Positions 17,612 through 26,685 are shown, numbered from the stretch's first letter. The stretch: DNA of 32,000 bases from Phycisphaera mikurensis NBRC 102666 (GCF_000284115.1 NC_017080.1:2760001-2792000); one strand, 5' to 3'. A program made the numbers and translations. Notes: generated by a model not told the origin, from the letters alone.

Positions 17612-19711
17612 TCAACCCGCCGCCGCGGAGCGGCCCCGCGGCGGCGGCGGTCCGAGCAGCGGCCGCAGCCCGGCGACGCCGGAGGCGAGGCGGGCTTCCG
17701 CTTCTTGGCGGCTCAAGCTCAGCTTCCGCATCACCAGCGCGACCCGCGCGGACCCGGCCGCGGCGTCGAGCAGCGGCCCCGCCTCGGCGGCGGGCACACC
17801 CCCCGCCTCCCGCAGGATCCGCTCCGCCCGGACCCGCAGCTTCGCGTTGCTGGCCTTGAGATCCACCATCCAGCCGCCCCAGACGCGTCCCCGCCGCACC
17901 ATCAGGGCCGTGCTCAGGAGGTTGAGCAGCAGCTTCGTTGCCGTGCCCGCTTTCATGCGGGTCGAGCCGCCCACCGCCTCGGCCCCGGTGTCGGCGAGCA
18001 GCAGGTGCTCGGGCCGCGGGCGCGGCGGGAGCCGGTTCGGGGGGACGCAGGCCAGCAGCGCCGTCGTGGCCCCCGCCGCCCGGGCATGATCCAACGCGCC
18101 CCAGACCAGCGGGGTCGTCCCGCTCGCGGCGATGCCGAGCACCACGTCGCCCGCTCCCGCCGCGTGCTCGTCGAGCCAGGCATCGGCTCCGGCCGGGTCG
18201 TCCTCCGCGCCCTCGGCGCTGCTCCGCAGCGCCGCGTCGCCGCCGGCGATGAAGGCGAGCACCTCCCCGTGGCCGGCCGAGAAGGTCGGCGGCAGCTCCG
18301 AGGCGTCGAGCACGCCGAGCCGGCCGGAGGTCCCGGCCCCCACGTAGAAAACCCGGCCGCCCGCCGCGTGGGCCGCGACCGCCGCGTCGACCAGCCCCGC
18401 GAGCGCCGGGAGGCAGGCCGTCACGGCCGCCACCGCCTCGGCGTCGCGCGCGTGGAGGAACGACAGGAGCTCCGGCGTGCCCATCGCGTCGAGGCGGTCC
18501 GCTCCGGCGAGGAAGCCCTCCGAGGGCGGGAAGCCCTCCGGGGGAGAAGCGCCCGCGGGAGCGGGCGGATCCGCGGACCGCGGCCGCTGGCGTGGCTTCT
18601 CCTCCGCGGTCCGCGGCTCCGCCGGCCGGCACCAGCGGCCCCCGGTCGCCGGCCGCCGGGCCCCCGTCACCGCTTCCACCGTCAACGCCGCGCCGTCCGC
18701 TGCGCGGAGGCCGAGCACGGCCATCGCCGCGGCCTCCCGGGCCTGCGACGCGACGCCGGCCTCCTCGGAGAGGAGCACCGCCCGCCCGCCGCTGGCGTCG
18801 CGGATCGCCGCGACCAACGCCGCGTTCCGCACCCCGCCGCCCGCGAGCACCACGCGGTCCGCGGGCCACCGATCCGCCGCACCGGCGACGCCGCGGGCGA
18901 CGGCGGCGACCGCCGAAGCGAGCAGGTCATCGGGCGCGAGCCCGAGCTCCACGAGCCCTTCCAGCCAGGCCGGCGGGACCTGCTCGCGCCCCAGCGTGGC
19001 CCCGGGGGCGGCCGCGAAGCCCGGCCCGCCGCGGAGCCGCTGGACCGCCGCTTCGTCCGCCCGGCCCGCCGCCGCCCGGCGCCCGCCGTCGTCGAAGCGC
19101 TCGCCGGGGTGCAGCCGCGACACGATCCCGTCGAGCAGCAGGTTGCAGACGCAGACGTCCCCGCCCTCCGGCGGGGCGTCCGTCCCCGGCAGCCACGTCG
19201 CGTTCACGACGCCGCCGAGGTTCACCACCAGCGTCCCCCGCGCGTACAGCGCGAGGTCCGCCAGCGGGGTGATCGGCGCACCCTGCCCGCCCGCGGCCAG
19301 GTCGCCCTGCCGGAGGTCCCCCACCACCTCCACGCCCAGCCGCTCCGCCAGCGGCTGCGGATCGAGCAGCTGCCAGCTCAGCCCCTCCGCCGGGGCGTGG
19401 CACACCGTCTGCCCGTGCGTTGCCGCGAGCGTCAGCGTCGCCCCGGGGGGGAGGAAGCGATGCACACAGTCCGCCGCGACCTCCGCGTAGCGCTCCCCGA
19501 GCCGGCGACCCGCCCGCAGGAACGCGACCGCTGGCAGCGCCTCCCCCTCCGCCGCCGCCCGCAGCACCGCCTCGACGGGCCCGAGCTCCGCCTCCACGTG
19601 CCCGAGCACGCGGGCCCGCAGCGAGCCGCCCGAGCCGTCGGCCTCGATCAACGCCGCGTCCACCCCGTCCAGCGACGTACCCGACATCAGCCCCACCGCG
19701 TAACGCTTCAT
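17612..19711 (-). CDS. Fused anhydro-N-acetylmuramic acid kinase (AnmK) and N-acetylmuramic acid 6-phosphate etherase (MurQ)
   Basis: N-terminal half: MKRYAVGLMSGTSLDGVDAALIE, THGQTVCHAP, VVGDLRQGDLAAGGQGAPITPLAD. C-terminal half: GGRVFYVGAGTSGRLGVLDASELPPTFS, SAEGAEDD, VVLGIAASGTTPLVWGAL, AVGGSTRMKAGTATKLLLNLLST. Continuous 699-codon frame. Confidence 0.92.
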   Translation of the reverse strand: MKRYAVGLMSGTSLDGVDAALIEADGSGGSLRARVLGHVEAELGPVEAVLRAAAEGEALPAVAFLRAGRRLGERYAEVAADCVHRFLPPGATLTLAATHGQTVCHAPAEGLSWQLLDPQPLAERLGVEVVGDLRQGDLAAGGQGAPITPLADLALYARGTLVVNLGGVVNATWLPGTDAPPEGGDVCVCNLLLDGIVSRLHPGERFDDGGRRAAAGRADEAAVQRLRGGPGFAAAPGATLGREQVPPAWLEGLVELGLAPDDLLASAVAAVARGVAGAADRWPADRVVLAGGGVRNAALVAAIRDASGGRAVLLSEEAGVASQAREAAAMAVLGLRAADGAALTVEAVTGARRPATGGRWCRPAEPRTAEEKPRQRPRSADPPAPAGASPPEGFPPSEGFLAGADRLDAMGTPELLSFLHARDAEAVAAVTACLPALAGLVDAAVAAHAAGGRVFYVGAGTSGRLGVLDASELPPTFSAGHGEVLAFIAGGDAALRSSAEGAEDDPAGADAWLDEHAAGAGDVVLGIAASGTTPLVWGALDHARAAGATTALLACVPPNRLPPRPRPEHLLLADTGAEAVGGSTRMKAGTATKLLLNLLSTALMVRRGRVWGGWMVDLKASNAKLRVRAERILREAGGVPAAEAGPLLDAAAGSARVALVMRKLSLSRQEAEARLASGVAGLRPLLGPPPPRGRSAAAG
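18571..18616. repeat. 46-bp palindromic element, copy 4: CCGCGGACCG-N26-CGGTCCGCGG
   Basis: Arms 18571-18580 and 18607-18616 are perfect. Loop is 26 nt. Located in the AnmK-MurQ linker. Confidence 0.95.
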
Positions 19712-19821
19712 GCCGGGACGCTACCGGCGGACTGCCCGCCCGCCCCGGCGTGTCTCTATCCTCGCCGCGACGCCGCTGGCCCTCCAGCGGGCAACCGATG
19801 GCCTCCGGAGTAACCGCACGC

Positions 19822-20673
19822 ATGGGCGACCGCCCCCCGAAGTGGCTTGAAGAAGCCGAGGACGATTTCGCCTACAAGCGGGCCGACTTCATCGTGAACC
19901 CCGCCTCCCGGTCGACCCTCCGGCGGCCCAGCCGGTACCAGGGCGACCTCAAGAAGAAGCCCGGCGTCAAGCTGCTCAAGCGGCTGCACCGCCGGATGCA
20001 GCACCACCAGCGGATGCTCGCCGCCGAGAACGAGCGCTCGGTGCTCATCGTCCTGCAGGCGATGGACGCCGCCGGCAAGGACTCCACCGTCCGCCGGGTC
20101 TTCGGCCCGCTCAACCCCGCCACCTGCAAGGTCTTCTCCTTCAAGGCCCCCTCGGAGACCGACCTCGACCACGACTACCTCTGGCGGATCCACAAGGAGG
20201 TGCCCGCCCGCGGCGAACTCGGCGTCTTCAACCGAAGCCACTACGAGGACGTGCTGATCGCCCGCGTCGCGAACCTCGTGCCCGACCGCGTGTGGAAGAA
20301 ACGCTTCGACCACATCAACCACTTCGAGCAGATGCTCACCGACGAGGGCTGCACGATCCTCAAGTTCTACCTCCACGTGAGCAAGGACTACCAGGAGGAG
20401 CGGCTGCAGCGCCGCCTCGACCTCCCCGAGAAGCATTGGAAGTTCAACCCCGCCGACCTCGTCGAGCGCGAGCGCTGGCCGGCCTACCAGCGGGCGTTCC
20501 AGAGCGTCTTCTCCCGCACCACCAAGAAGCACGCCCCCTGGTTCGTCGTGCCTTCGGAGCGCCGCTGGTACCGCGACCTGGTCATCGCCAGAACCGTGTG
20601 CGACACGCTGGACCGCATGAACCCCCAGCCGCCGGAGCCGACCTTCGATCCGGAGGCGGTCGAGCTGGTCTAG
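19822..20673 (+). CDS. Polyphosphate kinase 2 family protein
   Basis: VLIVLQAMDAAGKDSTVRRVFGPLNPATCKVFSFKAPSETDLDHDYLWRIHKEVPARGELGVFNRSHYEDVLIARV, RRWYRDLVIARTV. In-frame ATG candidates at 19798 and 19822. Confidence 0.93.
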   Translation: MGDRPPKWLEEAEDDFAYKRADFIVNPASRSTLRRPSRYQGDLKKKPGVKLLKRLHRRMQHHQRMLAAENERSVLIVLQAMDAAGKDSTVRRVFGPLNPATCKVFSFKAPSETDLDHDYLWRIHKEVPARGELGVFNRSHYEDVLIARVANLVPDRVWKKRFDHINHFEQMLTDEGCTILKFYLHVSKDYQEERLQRRLDLPEKHWKFNPADLVERERWPAYQRAFQSVFSRTTKKHAPWFVVPSERRWYRDLVIARTVCDTLDRMNPQPPEPTFDPEAVELV

Positions 20674-20896
20674 GTTCGCATCGGAGCGTCTCGCCGGCTC
20701 GCCGGGCAAGGGAGCAGAGATCAGGGGGTGGGCCCTCGGCAGGACCGAGTCGCGGTCGGCGCAGCCGCCGGCTTCGGACTCGCGACGATGCGCAGGTAGG
20801 CAGCACCCGCCACGCCCCACAGAAGCCACGTGACTTTCTAACTCCTATCCCTTACCCCTCCCGCTCCCTTCCGCGCTCAGAACTCAACAAAAACGA

Positions 20897-22810
20897 ATGC
20901 CTGAAAAGTCCTACGACGCATCCAGCATCACCCACCTCGAAGGCCTCGAGGCCGTCCGCGTCCGCCCGGGCATGTACATCGGCGGCGTCGACGCCCGCGG
21001 CTTGCACCACCTCGCCTGGGAGGTGATCGACAACAGCGTCGACGAGGCGATGAACGGGCACGCCACCGAGGTGGTCGTCACGCTGCACGCCGACGGCGAG
21101 TCGATGTCGGTCTCGGACAACGGCCGCGGGATCCCCGTCGACCGGCACCCCAAGACGAAGCGGCCGGCGTTGGAGATGATCCTCACCGAGCTGCACACCG
21201 GCGGGAAGTTCGACGGCGACTCCTACAAGACCTCCGGCGGCCTGCACGGCGTCGGCGCCTCCGTCGTCAACGCGCTCTCCAAGGAGCTCGTCGCCACCGT
21301 GAAGCGCGGCGGCGACGAGTACCGGATGACCTTCTCCAGGGGCAAGCCCACCAGCAAGCTGCTCAAGAAGAAGGGGTTGTCCCGCGGCACCGGCACGACG
21401 ATCTTCTTCGCGCCCGACGCGACGATCTTCCCGAAGATCCGCTTCGACCCCGCGACGCTGAAGACCCGCCTGGAGACCATCAGCTACCTGCACAGGGGGC
21501 TGAGGGTCGTCTTCGCCGACGAGGCCGGCGCGACCCGCGAGACCTTCCAGCACGAGAACGGCCTGCTGGACTACCTCTCGGCGATCTCCACACAGCGCAA
21601 GGCCGTGCCGATCCACCCCGAAGCCTTCAGCGTCGAGAAGGAGACGCCGCAGGGCCGCGTCGACGTCGCGCTCGCGTGGACCGGGTCCACCGACGAGCAC
21701 GTGCGCAGCCACGTCAACGGCATCCCCACCGCCGGCGGCGGCAGCCACGAGACCGGCCTGCGGAGCGGGATCCACAAGGCGCTCCGCAACCACATCGACA
21801 CGCACAACCTCACGCCCCGCGGCGTGAAGATCAGCCCCGAGGACATCCGCGAGGGCCTGCTGGGCGTCGTCTCGGTCTTCATCGCCGACCCGCAGTTCCA
21901 GGGCCAGACCAAGGACCGGCTGAACAACCCCGAGATCCAGCCGGTCGTCGAGCAGCTGGTCCGGCCGACGCTGGAGCAGTGGCTCAACGAGCGATCCAGC
22001 GTGGCCGAGCAGATCGTCGCCCGGATCATCAACGCGGCCCGCGCCAGGGCCGCCAGCCGGGCCGCGGTCGACGCGGTCCACCGCAAGAGCCCCACCTCCG
22101 CCGGCCGGCTCACGCTGCCGGGCAAGCTCGCGGACTGCACCGGCGGGCGGGGCTCGTCGGAGCTCTTCATCGTCGAGGGCGATTCCGCCGGCGGCAGCGC
22201 GAAGCAGGGCCGCGACCGAGCGACGCAGGCGATCCTCCCGCTCCGGGGCAAGGTCCTCAACACCGAAGCGACCGTCCTGACCAAGGTCCTCGCCAACAAG
22301 GAGCTGGCCGACCTGGTCACCGCCCTGGGCTGCGGCGTGGGCAAGAGCTTCGACGCGGCGAAGCTGCGGTACCAGCGGATCATCCTGCTCGCCGATGCCG
22401 ACAGCGACGGCCACCACATCACCACGCTGCTCCTGACCTTCTTCTACCGCCACATGCCCGAGTTGATCCGCTCGGGCAGCGTCTTCCTCGCCGTGCCGCC
22501 GCTGTACCGCATCGAGGCGGGCAAGGAGAAGTGGTACGCCGCCGACGAGCCCGACCGGGAGCGGATCCTCGGCGAGCTGCCCGCCAACCGGAAGCCGGAG
22601 ATCACCCGCTTCAAGGGGCTCGGCGAGATGAGCCCCAGAGAGCTTTGGGAGACGACGCTGTCGCCGGCGACGCGCCGGCTCGAAGCCGTCGACATCCACG
22701 ACGCCCTGGTCACCGACGCCACGATGAACGACCTCATGGGCAGAGACCCGTCGGCCCGGTTCTCCTTCATCATGGACCGGGCCGAAGAAGCCGAGGCCAT
22801 CGACGTGTGA
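20897..22810 (+). CDS. gyrB: DNA gyrase subunit B / topoisomerase IV subunit B
   Basis: VRVRPGMYIGG, EVIDNSVDEAMNGHA, SDNGRGIPVD, GGLHGVGASVVNALS, ELFIVEGDSAGGSAKQGRDR, LADADSDGHHITTLLLTFFYR, RFKGLGEMSPRELWETT. GyrB versus ParE cannot be settled by eye. Confidence 0.93.
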   Translation: MPEKSYDASSITHLEGLEAVRVRPGMYIGGVDARGLHHLAWEVIDNSVDEAMNGHATEVVVTLHADGESMSVSDNGRGIPVDRHPKTKRPALEMILTELHTGGKFDGDSYKTSGGLHGVGASVVNALSKELVATVKRGGDEYRMTFSRGKPTSKLLKKKGLSRGTGTTIFFAPDATIFPKIRFDPATLKTRLETISYLHRGLRVVFADEAGATRETFQHENGLLDYLSAISTQRKAVPIHPEAFSVEKETPQGRVDVALAWTGSTDEHVRSHVNGIPTAGGGSHETGLRSGIHKALRNHIDTHNLTPRGVKISPEDIREGLLGVVSVFIADPQFQGQTKDRLNNPEIQPVVEQLVRPTLEQWLNERSSVAEQIVARIINAARARAASRAAVDAVHRKSPTSAGRLTLPGKLADCTGGRGSSELFIVEGDSAGGSAKQGRDRATQAILPLRGKVLNTEATVLTKVLANKELADLVTALGCGVGKSFDAAKLRYQRIILLADADSDGHHITTLLLTFFYRHMPELIRSGSVFLAVPPLYRIEAGKEKWYAADEPDRERILGELPANRKPEITRFKGLGEMSPRELWETTLSPATRRLEAVDIHDALVTDATMNDLMGRDPSARFSFIMDRAEEAEAIDV

Positions 22811-22872
22811 GCACGCCGCGGATGCGTCCGATGGAGGAGCCGCCCCATCGACGGCGTGGATGAGCCACCCGC

Positions 22873-23796
22873 TCAGCCGATCCGCTCGCTCGCTCCGTCC
22901 GCCGCGTGCCCCGGCGCGTGCAAGGTGAACGCGACGCCTCCGGCTCCGGCCTCCGCCGCCACGAAACCGACGGCCTCGATGGCGTCGAAGGGGTACGCCA
23001 TCGAGGGCAGGCCGATCAGCGGCACCCCCGCGAAGAGCCGTCGCGACCAGGCGTGCGTGTGGCCGTGGACGAGCGCGGTGGCCGCCGGCCGGTGCCGCAG
23101 CACCTCCGCCAGCTCCGCGTCGTCGAGCAGGCCCCAGGGCTCCACCCCCGGCTCGGGCGGCAGCGGCGGGTGGTGGAGGAACACCAGCGCCGGCCGCCCC
23201 GCCGGCGTTGCCGCGAGCTCGGCCTCCAGCCACGCGAGCTGCGCCGGGCCCAGCTCGCCGGGCGTCCGATCCGTCTCGATCAGCGAGTCGAGCAGCAGCA
23301 ACACGGCGTTGTCCGTCTCCACCCGCGCGACCCGGCGGCCGGCGGGGCCGGTCTGGGGCCGCGGATCCGCGAACGCCGCCTCCATCCGATCCCGGTGGTC
23401 GTGATTGCCGAGCGTCAGCCACACCGGCAGCCCCCGCTCCCGGAGCGGCGCCAGCAGCGAGGCGAGCCGCTCGTAATCCCCCGGCTCGCCGGTGTCCAGC
23501 GCGCAATCGCCGTCGACGACCGCCAGCTCGAAGGGCCGGCGGTCGTGCTCCGCGGCGGCCGCGGCGACGGTCGCCGCCACCCGCTCGGCGATGACCGCCC
23601 CGCCGCGGGAGGTCGCCGCCGCGTCCGCCGCCGCGTGCGGGTCCGAAAGCAGCAGCAGCCGCGTCGGCGTCGGCGCGGCAGCACGCTCAAGGTGGCGGCG
23701 GGTCTCGGCGCGGCAACCCGGCACGGTCGCCCCCGCCAACGCCGCCGAGGCGACGAGCAGCCGGCGGCGGGACAGCGGCGGGAGCAGTAGAGGCAT
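22873..23796 (-). CDS. Metallophosphoesterase (secreted or lipoprotein-type signal)
   Basis: RRRLLVASAALAGATVPGC signal region; LLSDPHA, VDGDC, TLGNHDHRD, LHHPPLPP, VHGHTHAWSR. Confidence 0.85.
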   Translation of the reverse strand: MPLLLPPLSRRRLLVASAALAGATVPGCRAETRRHLERAAAPTPTRLLLLSDPHAAADAAATSRGGAVIAERVAATVAAAAAEHDRRPFELAVVDGDCALDTGEPGDYERLASLLAPLRERGLPVWLTLGNHDHRDRMEAAFADPRPQTGPAGRRVARVETDNAVLLLLDSLIETDRTPGELGPAQLAWLEAELAATPAGRPALVFLHHPPLPPEPGVEPWGLLDDAELAEVLRHRPAATALVHGHTHAWSRRLFAGVPLIGLPSMAYPFDAIEAVGFVAAEAGAGGVAFTLHAPGHAADGASERIG

Positions 23797-23819
23797 CGGC
23801 CCGGCAGGGTAGAGGCGGG

Positions 23820-23865
23820 CCGCGGACCGAGCCGCGGGAGCGGGCGATCGGGCCGCGGTCCGCGG
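23820..23865. repeat. 46-bp palindromic element, copy 5: CCGCGGACCG-N26-CGGTCCGCGG
   Basis: Arms 23820-23829 and 23856-23865 are perfect. Loop is 26 nt. Fills most of the 87-nt gap between two divergent genes. Confidence 0.95.
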
Positions 23866-23883
23866 GCGGTACCGTCGCCGGCC

Positions 23884-25275
23884 ATGCCTGCCGCCACCTT
23901 CCCCCCGGGCTTCCTCTTCGGCGTCGCCGCCGCCAGCTACCAGGTCGAGGGCGCCGCCGCCGAGGGCGGCCGCGGCCCCAGCATCTGGGACGCCTTCTGC
24001 GCCCAGCCGGGCAGAGTCCACCGCGGCCAGGACGGATCGGTCGCCTGCGACCAGTACCACCGGTACGAGGAGGACGCCCAGCTCATCGCCGATCTCGGCG
24101 TCTCTGCTTACCGCCTCAGCGTCTCCTGGTCGCGCGTGCTGCCCACCGGCGAGGGCGAGGTCAACGAGGAGGGCGTCGCCTACTACGACCGCCTCGTCGA
24201 CGCGTTGCTGGCGCGTGGGGTCGAGCCGTGGATCACGCTGTTCCACTGGGACCTCCCGCTGGCCCTGCAGCACCGCGGCGGCTGGGTGAACCGCGAGGTG
24301 GTCGGCTGGTTCCGCGGCTACACCCGCGTCGTCGCCGACCGGCTGAGCGACCGCGTGTCGAACTGGTTCACGCTCAACGAGCCCGCCTGCTTCGTGGGCC
24401 TGGGCCACCACACGGGCATGCACGCCCCGGGCCTGCGGCTGCCCCTCGCCGAGGTGCTGCGCGTGCAGCACCACAGCAACCTCGCGCACGGCGCCGCGGT
24501 GGACGTGCTGCGGGAGCACGCGAAGACGCCAGCCCGCGTTGGCGCCGCCCCCACCGGGAAGGCCTGCTTCCCCGCCACCGACGACCCCGCCGACGCCGGG
24601 GCCGCCGCCCGCGCCACCTTCGAGGTGGCCGAGGGCAAGGGGATGTTCTTCAACCACGCGCTCAGCGGCGACCCGATGGTCCTCGGCCGCTACCCCGCCG
24701 ACCTGCTCACGCGGTTCGGCGACCGCATGCCCGCCGGCTTCGAGGACGATCTCGCCGCGATCCAGCGCCCGCTGGATTTCTACGGGATCAACATCTACAA
24801 CGGCCAGCCCACCCGAGCCGACGCCTCCGGCCGAGCCGTCCGGCAGCCCGCGAGCGCCGGCCCGCCGACCACGAACATCGGATGGCCCATCGAGCCGGCC
24901 TGCATCTACTGGGCGGCGAAGCAGTTCCACGAGCGCTACGGCCTGCCGATGCACATCACCGAGAACGGCCTCGCGAGCATGGACTGGGTCCACGCCGACG
25001 GCGTCGTCCACGACCCCGGCCGCATCGACTACACCGCCCGGCACCTGTGGTTCCTCCGCAAAGCCGTCGGCGAGGGCGTTCCGGTGGTGGGTTACTTCCA
25101 CTGGTCGGTGATGGACAACTTCGAGTGGGCGGAGGGCTACTCGAAGCGCTTCGGCCTGATCTACGTGGACTACGAGACGCAGGAGCGGATCCCCAAGGAC
25201 AGCTACCGCTGGTACCGCGAGGTGGTCCGCAGCCGCGGCGCGAGCCTCCCCGACACGCTCGCGCCGCTGCGCTGA
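23884..25275 (+). CDS. GH1 family beta-glucosidase
   Basis: FPPGFLFGVAAASYQVEGAAAEGGRGPSIWDAF, WFTLNEPACF (acid/base NEP), MHITENGLAS (nucleophile ENG), GYFHWSVMDNFEWAEGYSKRFGLIYVDY. Confidence 0.95.
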   Translation: MPAATFPPGFLFGVAAASYQVEGAAAEGGRGPSIWDAFCAQPGRVHRGQDGSVACDQYHRYEEDAQLIADLGVSAYRLSVSWSRVLPTGEGEVNEEGVAYYDRLVDALLARGVEPWITLFHWDLPLALQHRGGWVNREVVGWFRGYTRVVADRLSDRVSNWFTLNEPACFVGLGHHTGMHAPGLRLPLAEVLRVQHHSNLAHGAAVDVLREHAKTPARVGAAPTGKACFPATDDPADAGAAARATFEVAEGKGMFFNHALSGDPMVLGRYPADLLTRFGDRMPAGFEDDLAAIQRPLDFYGINIYNGQPTRADASGRAVRQPASAGPPTTNIGWPIEPACIYWAAKQFHERYGLPMHITENGLASMDWVHADGVVHDPGRIDYTARHLWFLRKAVGEGVPVVGYFHWSVMDNFEWAEGYSKRFGLIYVDYETQERIPKDSYRWYREVVRSRGASLPDTLAPLR

Positions 25276-25428
25276 CCGCCGCGGGCGCCGACGCGGCGTC
25301 TCGCGGAGGCCGCGCCGGTGCTCGCGCGGCAAGCGAACCGGGCGGATCCCCTCCGCCGTCGCGACGCGGACCGGCAGCGGCCCCAACCACCCGCCACGCC
25401 CGGTGAGGCGCGGCGAGCCGTGCGTGGC

Positions 25429-26577
25429 TCAGTCGCCCGCGATGGCCGTCAGCTGCGCCGCTGGCGCACCCGTCTTGGCCCAATCCTTGTACTTCTTGTA
25501 CGTGGCCCCCTTGCCGTAGCGGTAAACGTTGTCCGGCTTGAAGTCGCCGAAGGCGAAGGGCTCCCAGTAGAAGAAGCCGGAGAAGTTGTCGTCCTTCACG
25601 TTCCAGGACTTCATCTTGTTGAAGTCCGCGGTCGCGGCGGCGTTCGCCTCGGGCGGGCGGCCGTACTCGACGACCATGAACCCGCGGCGGTTCACCCGCT
25701 TGTCGCCGTTGGGCCACGTGTCATCGGGGCGGCTGCCGATCCACTTCGACAGCGTCCGGGCGTTGTCGATCTCCTGGCCCCAGTTCGGGTACACGGAGAC
25801 GCCGAGGATGTCGTACTCCAGCCCCAGCTTGTTGATGGTGTTGGCGAACCACTTCATCGCGCCCAGGTCCAGCCCGTTCTCGCGGTGCGCGACGATCTTC
25901 GCGTTCGGCAGCAGCCGCTTGGAGGCCCGGGCGCCGGCGTTGAAGATGCGCTTGAAGCCCTCGAACTTCGGATCGTCGCTCTTCTGCCGGCCGGCGATGC
26001 CCCCCGTCGGCCACAGCATGCCCGATCCGAGCTCGTTGCCGATCTGCACCCACTTGATGCGCTGCTTGATCTTGTTCTTCATGGCCTCGTCGTCCCCGAG
26101 GATCGTCCGGATCGAGTTGCGGGTGTGGGTGGCGACGGCGCGAGCCACCTGCGCCCGGTCGTCCGCCCAGTAGGAGCGATTGGGCCACATGGGCCGCCAC
26201 TGCTTGCCCGGGTCGGTGAAGGTGTGGTGGTAGTGGAAGCAGAGCATCACGTCGAGGTTCTCCTCCACCGCACGCCGGACCATGGCCGCCGCATCCCAGG
26301 GATTGTTGAAGCTGAGGCCCGAGGGCCCCAGGTACGGGAGGTAGAAGATGCGGATGCGGACCGCGTTGCCGCCGAGCTCCTTCCACATGCCGAAGGCGTC
26401 GTAGTTGGTCCAGCTGTCCCACTTCTGGAGGTTGTAGCCCTCGCTCTGCATCTTCGACCAGCCGCTGACGTCCGCGCCCTTCACGCCGGCGGACGCCGGG
26501 GCGGCGGCGATGAACGCCACGACGGCGCAGGCGAGTGCGAGGGGCAGGAAGCCACGTTTCATCCGGGTGCAAACCAT
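25429..26577 (-). CDS. GH53-family glycoside hydrolase (arabinogalactan endo-beta-1,4-galactanase-like), secreted
   Basis: Signal peptide MKRGFLPLALACAVVAFIAAAPASA; VKGADVSGW, NAVRIRIF, MLCFHYHHTFTDPGKQWRP, KWVQIGNELGSGMLWPTGG, FMVVEYGRP. ATG 26575-26577 has a nearby GAGGAA; ATG 26560-26562 is an alternative. Confidence 0.85.
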   Translation of the reverse strand: MVCTRMKRGFLPLALACAVVAFIAAAPASAGVKGADVSGWSKMQSEGYNLQKWDSWTNYDAFGMWKELGGNAVRIRIFYLPYLGPSGLSFNNPWDAAAMVRRAVEENLDVMLCFHYHHTFTDPGKQWRPMWPNRSYWADDRAQVARAVATHTRNSIRTILGDDEAMKNKIKQRIKWVQIGNELGSGMLWPTGGIAGRQKSDDPKFEGFKRIFNAGARASKRLLPNAKIVAHRENGLDLGAMKWFANTINKLGLEYDILGVSVYPNWGQEIDNARTLSKWIGSRPDDTWPNGDKRVNRRGFMVVEYGRPPEANAAATADFNKMKSWNVKDDNFSGFFYWEPFAFGDFKPDNVYRYGKGATYKKYKDWAKTGAPAAQLTAIAGD

Positions 26578-26655
26578 GAAGGTTCCTCGAGATGGTTTTG
26601 CCGGCCGACGCGGTGATCTGGAGGCGGCGAGAGCCGCTGCATCGGCCCGGCGGAT

Positions 26656-26685
26656 TTCGGCCGAACGGCCGATCTGAACGTTCAG
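26656..26685. promoter_or_regulatory. Two adjacent perfect palindromes upstream of GH53, candidate operators
   Basis: TTCGGCCGAA (26656-26665) and CTGAACGTTCAG (26674-26685), centres 19 bp apart. Confidence 0.4.

Noticed and set aside
18855-18864. Additional CGGTCCGCGG within anmK
   Set aside because: No left arm at the expected 36-bp offset. It encodes PADRV in conserved protein sequence, so probably coincidental.
17355-18869. 504-aa plus-strand frame opposite murQ
   Set aside because: Antisense shadow ORF. The anmK-murQ frame carries all the conserved motifs.
20852-25386. Very long shadow ORFs (884 aa minus over gyrB; 837 aa minus over GH1 and metallophosphoesterase)
   Set aside because: They overlap well-supported genes. 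Only the metallophosphoesterase part of the 837-aa ORF is real.
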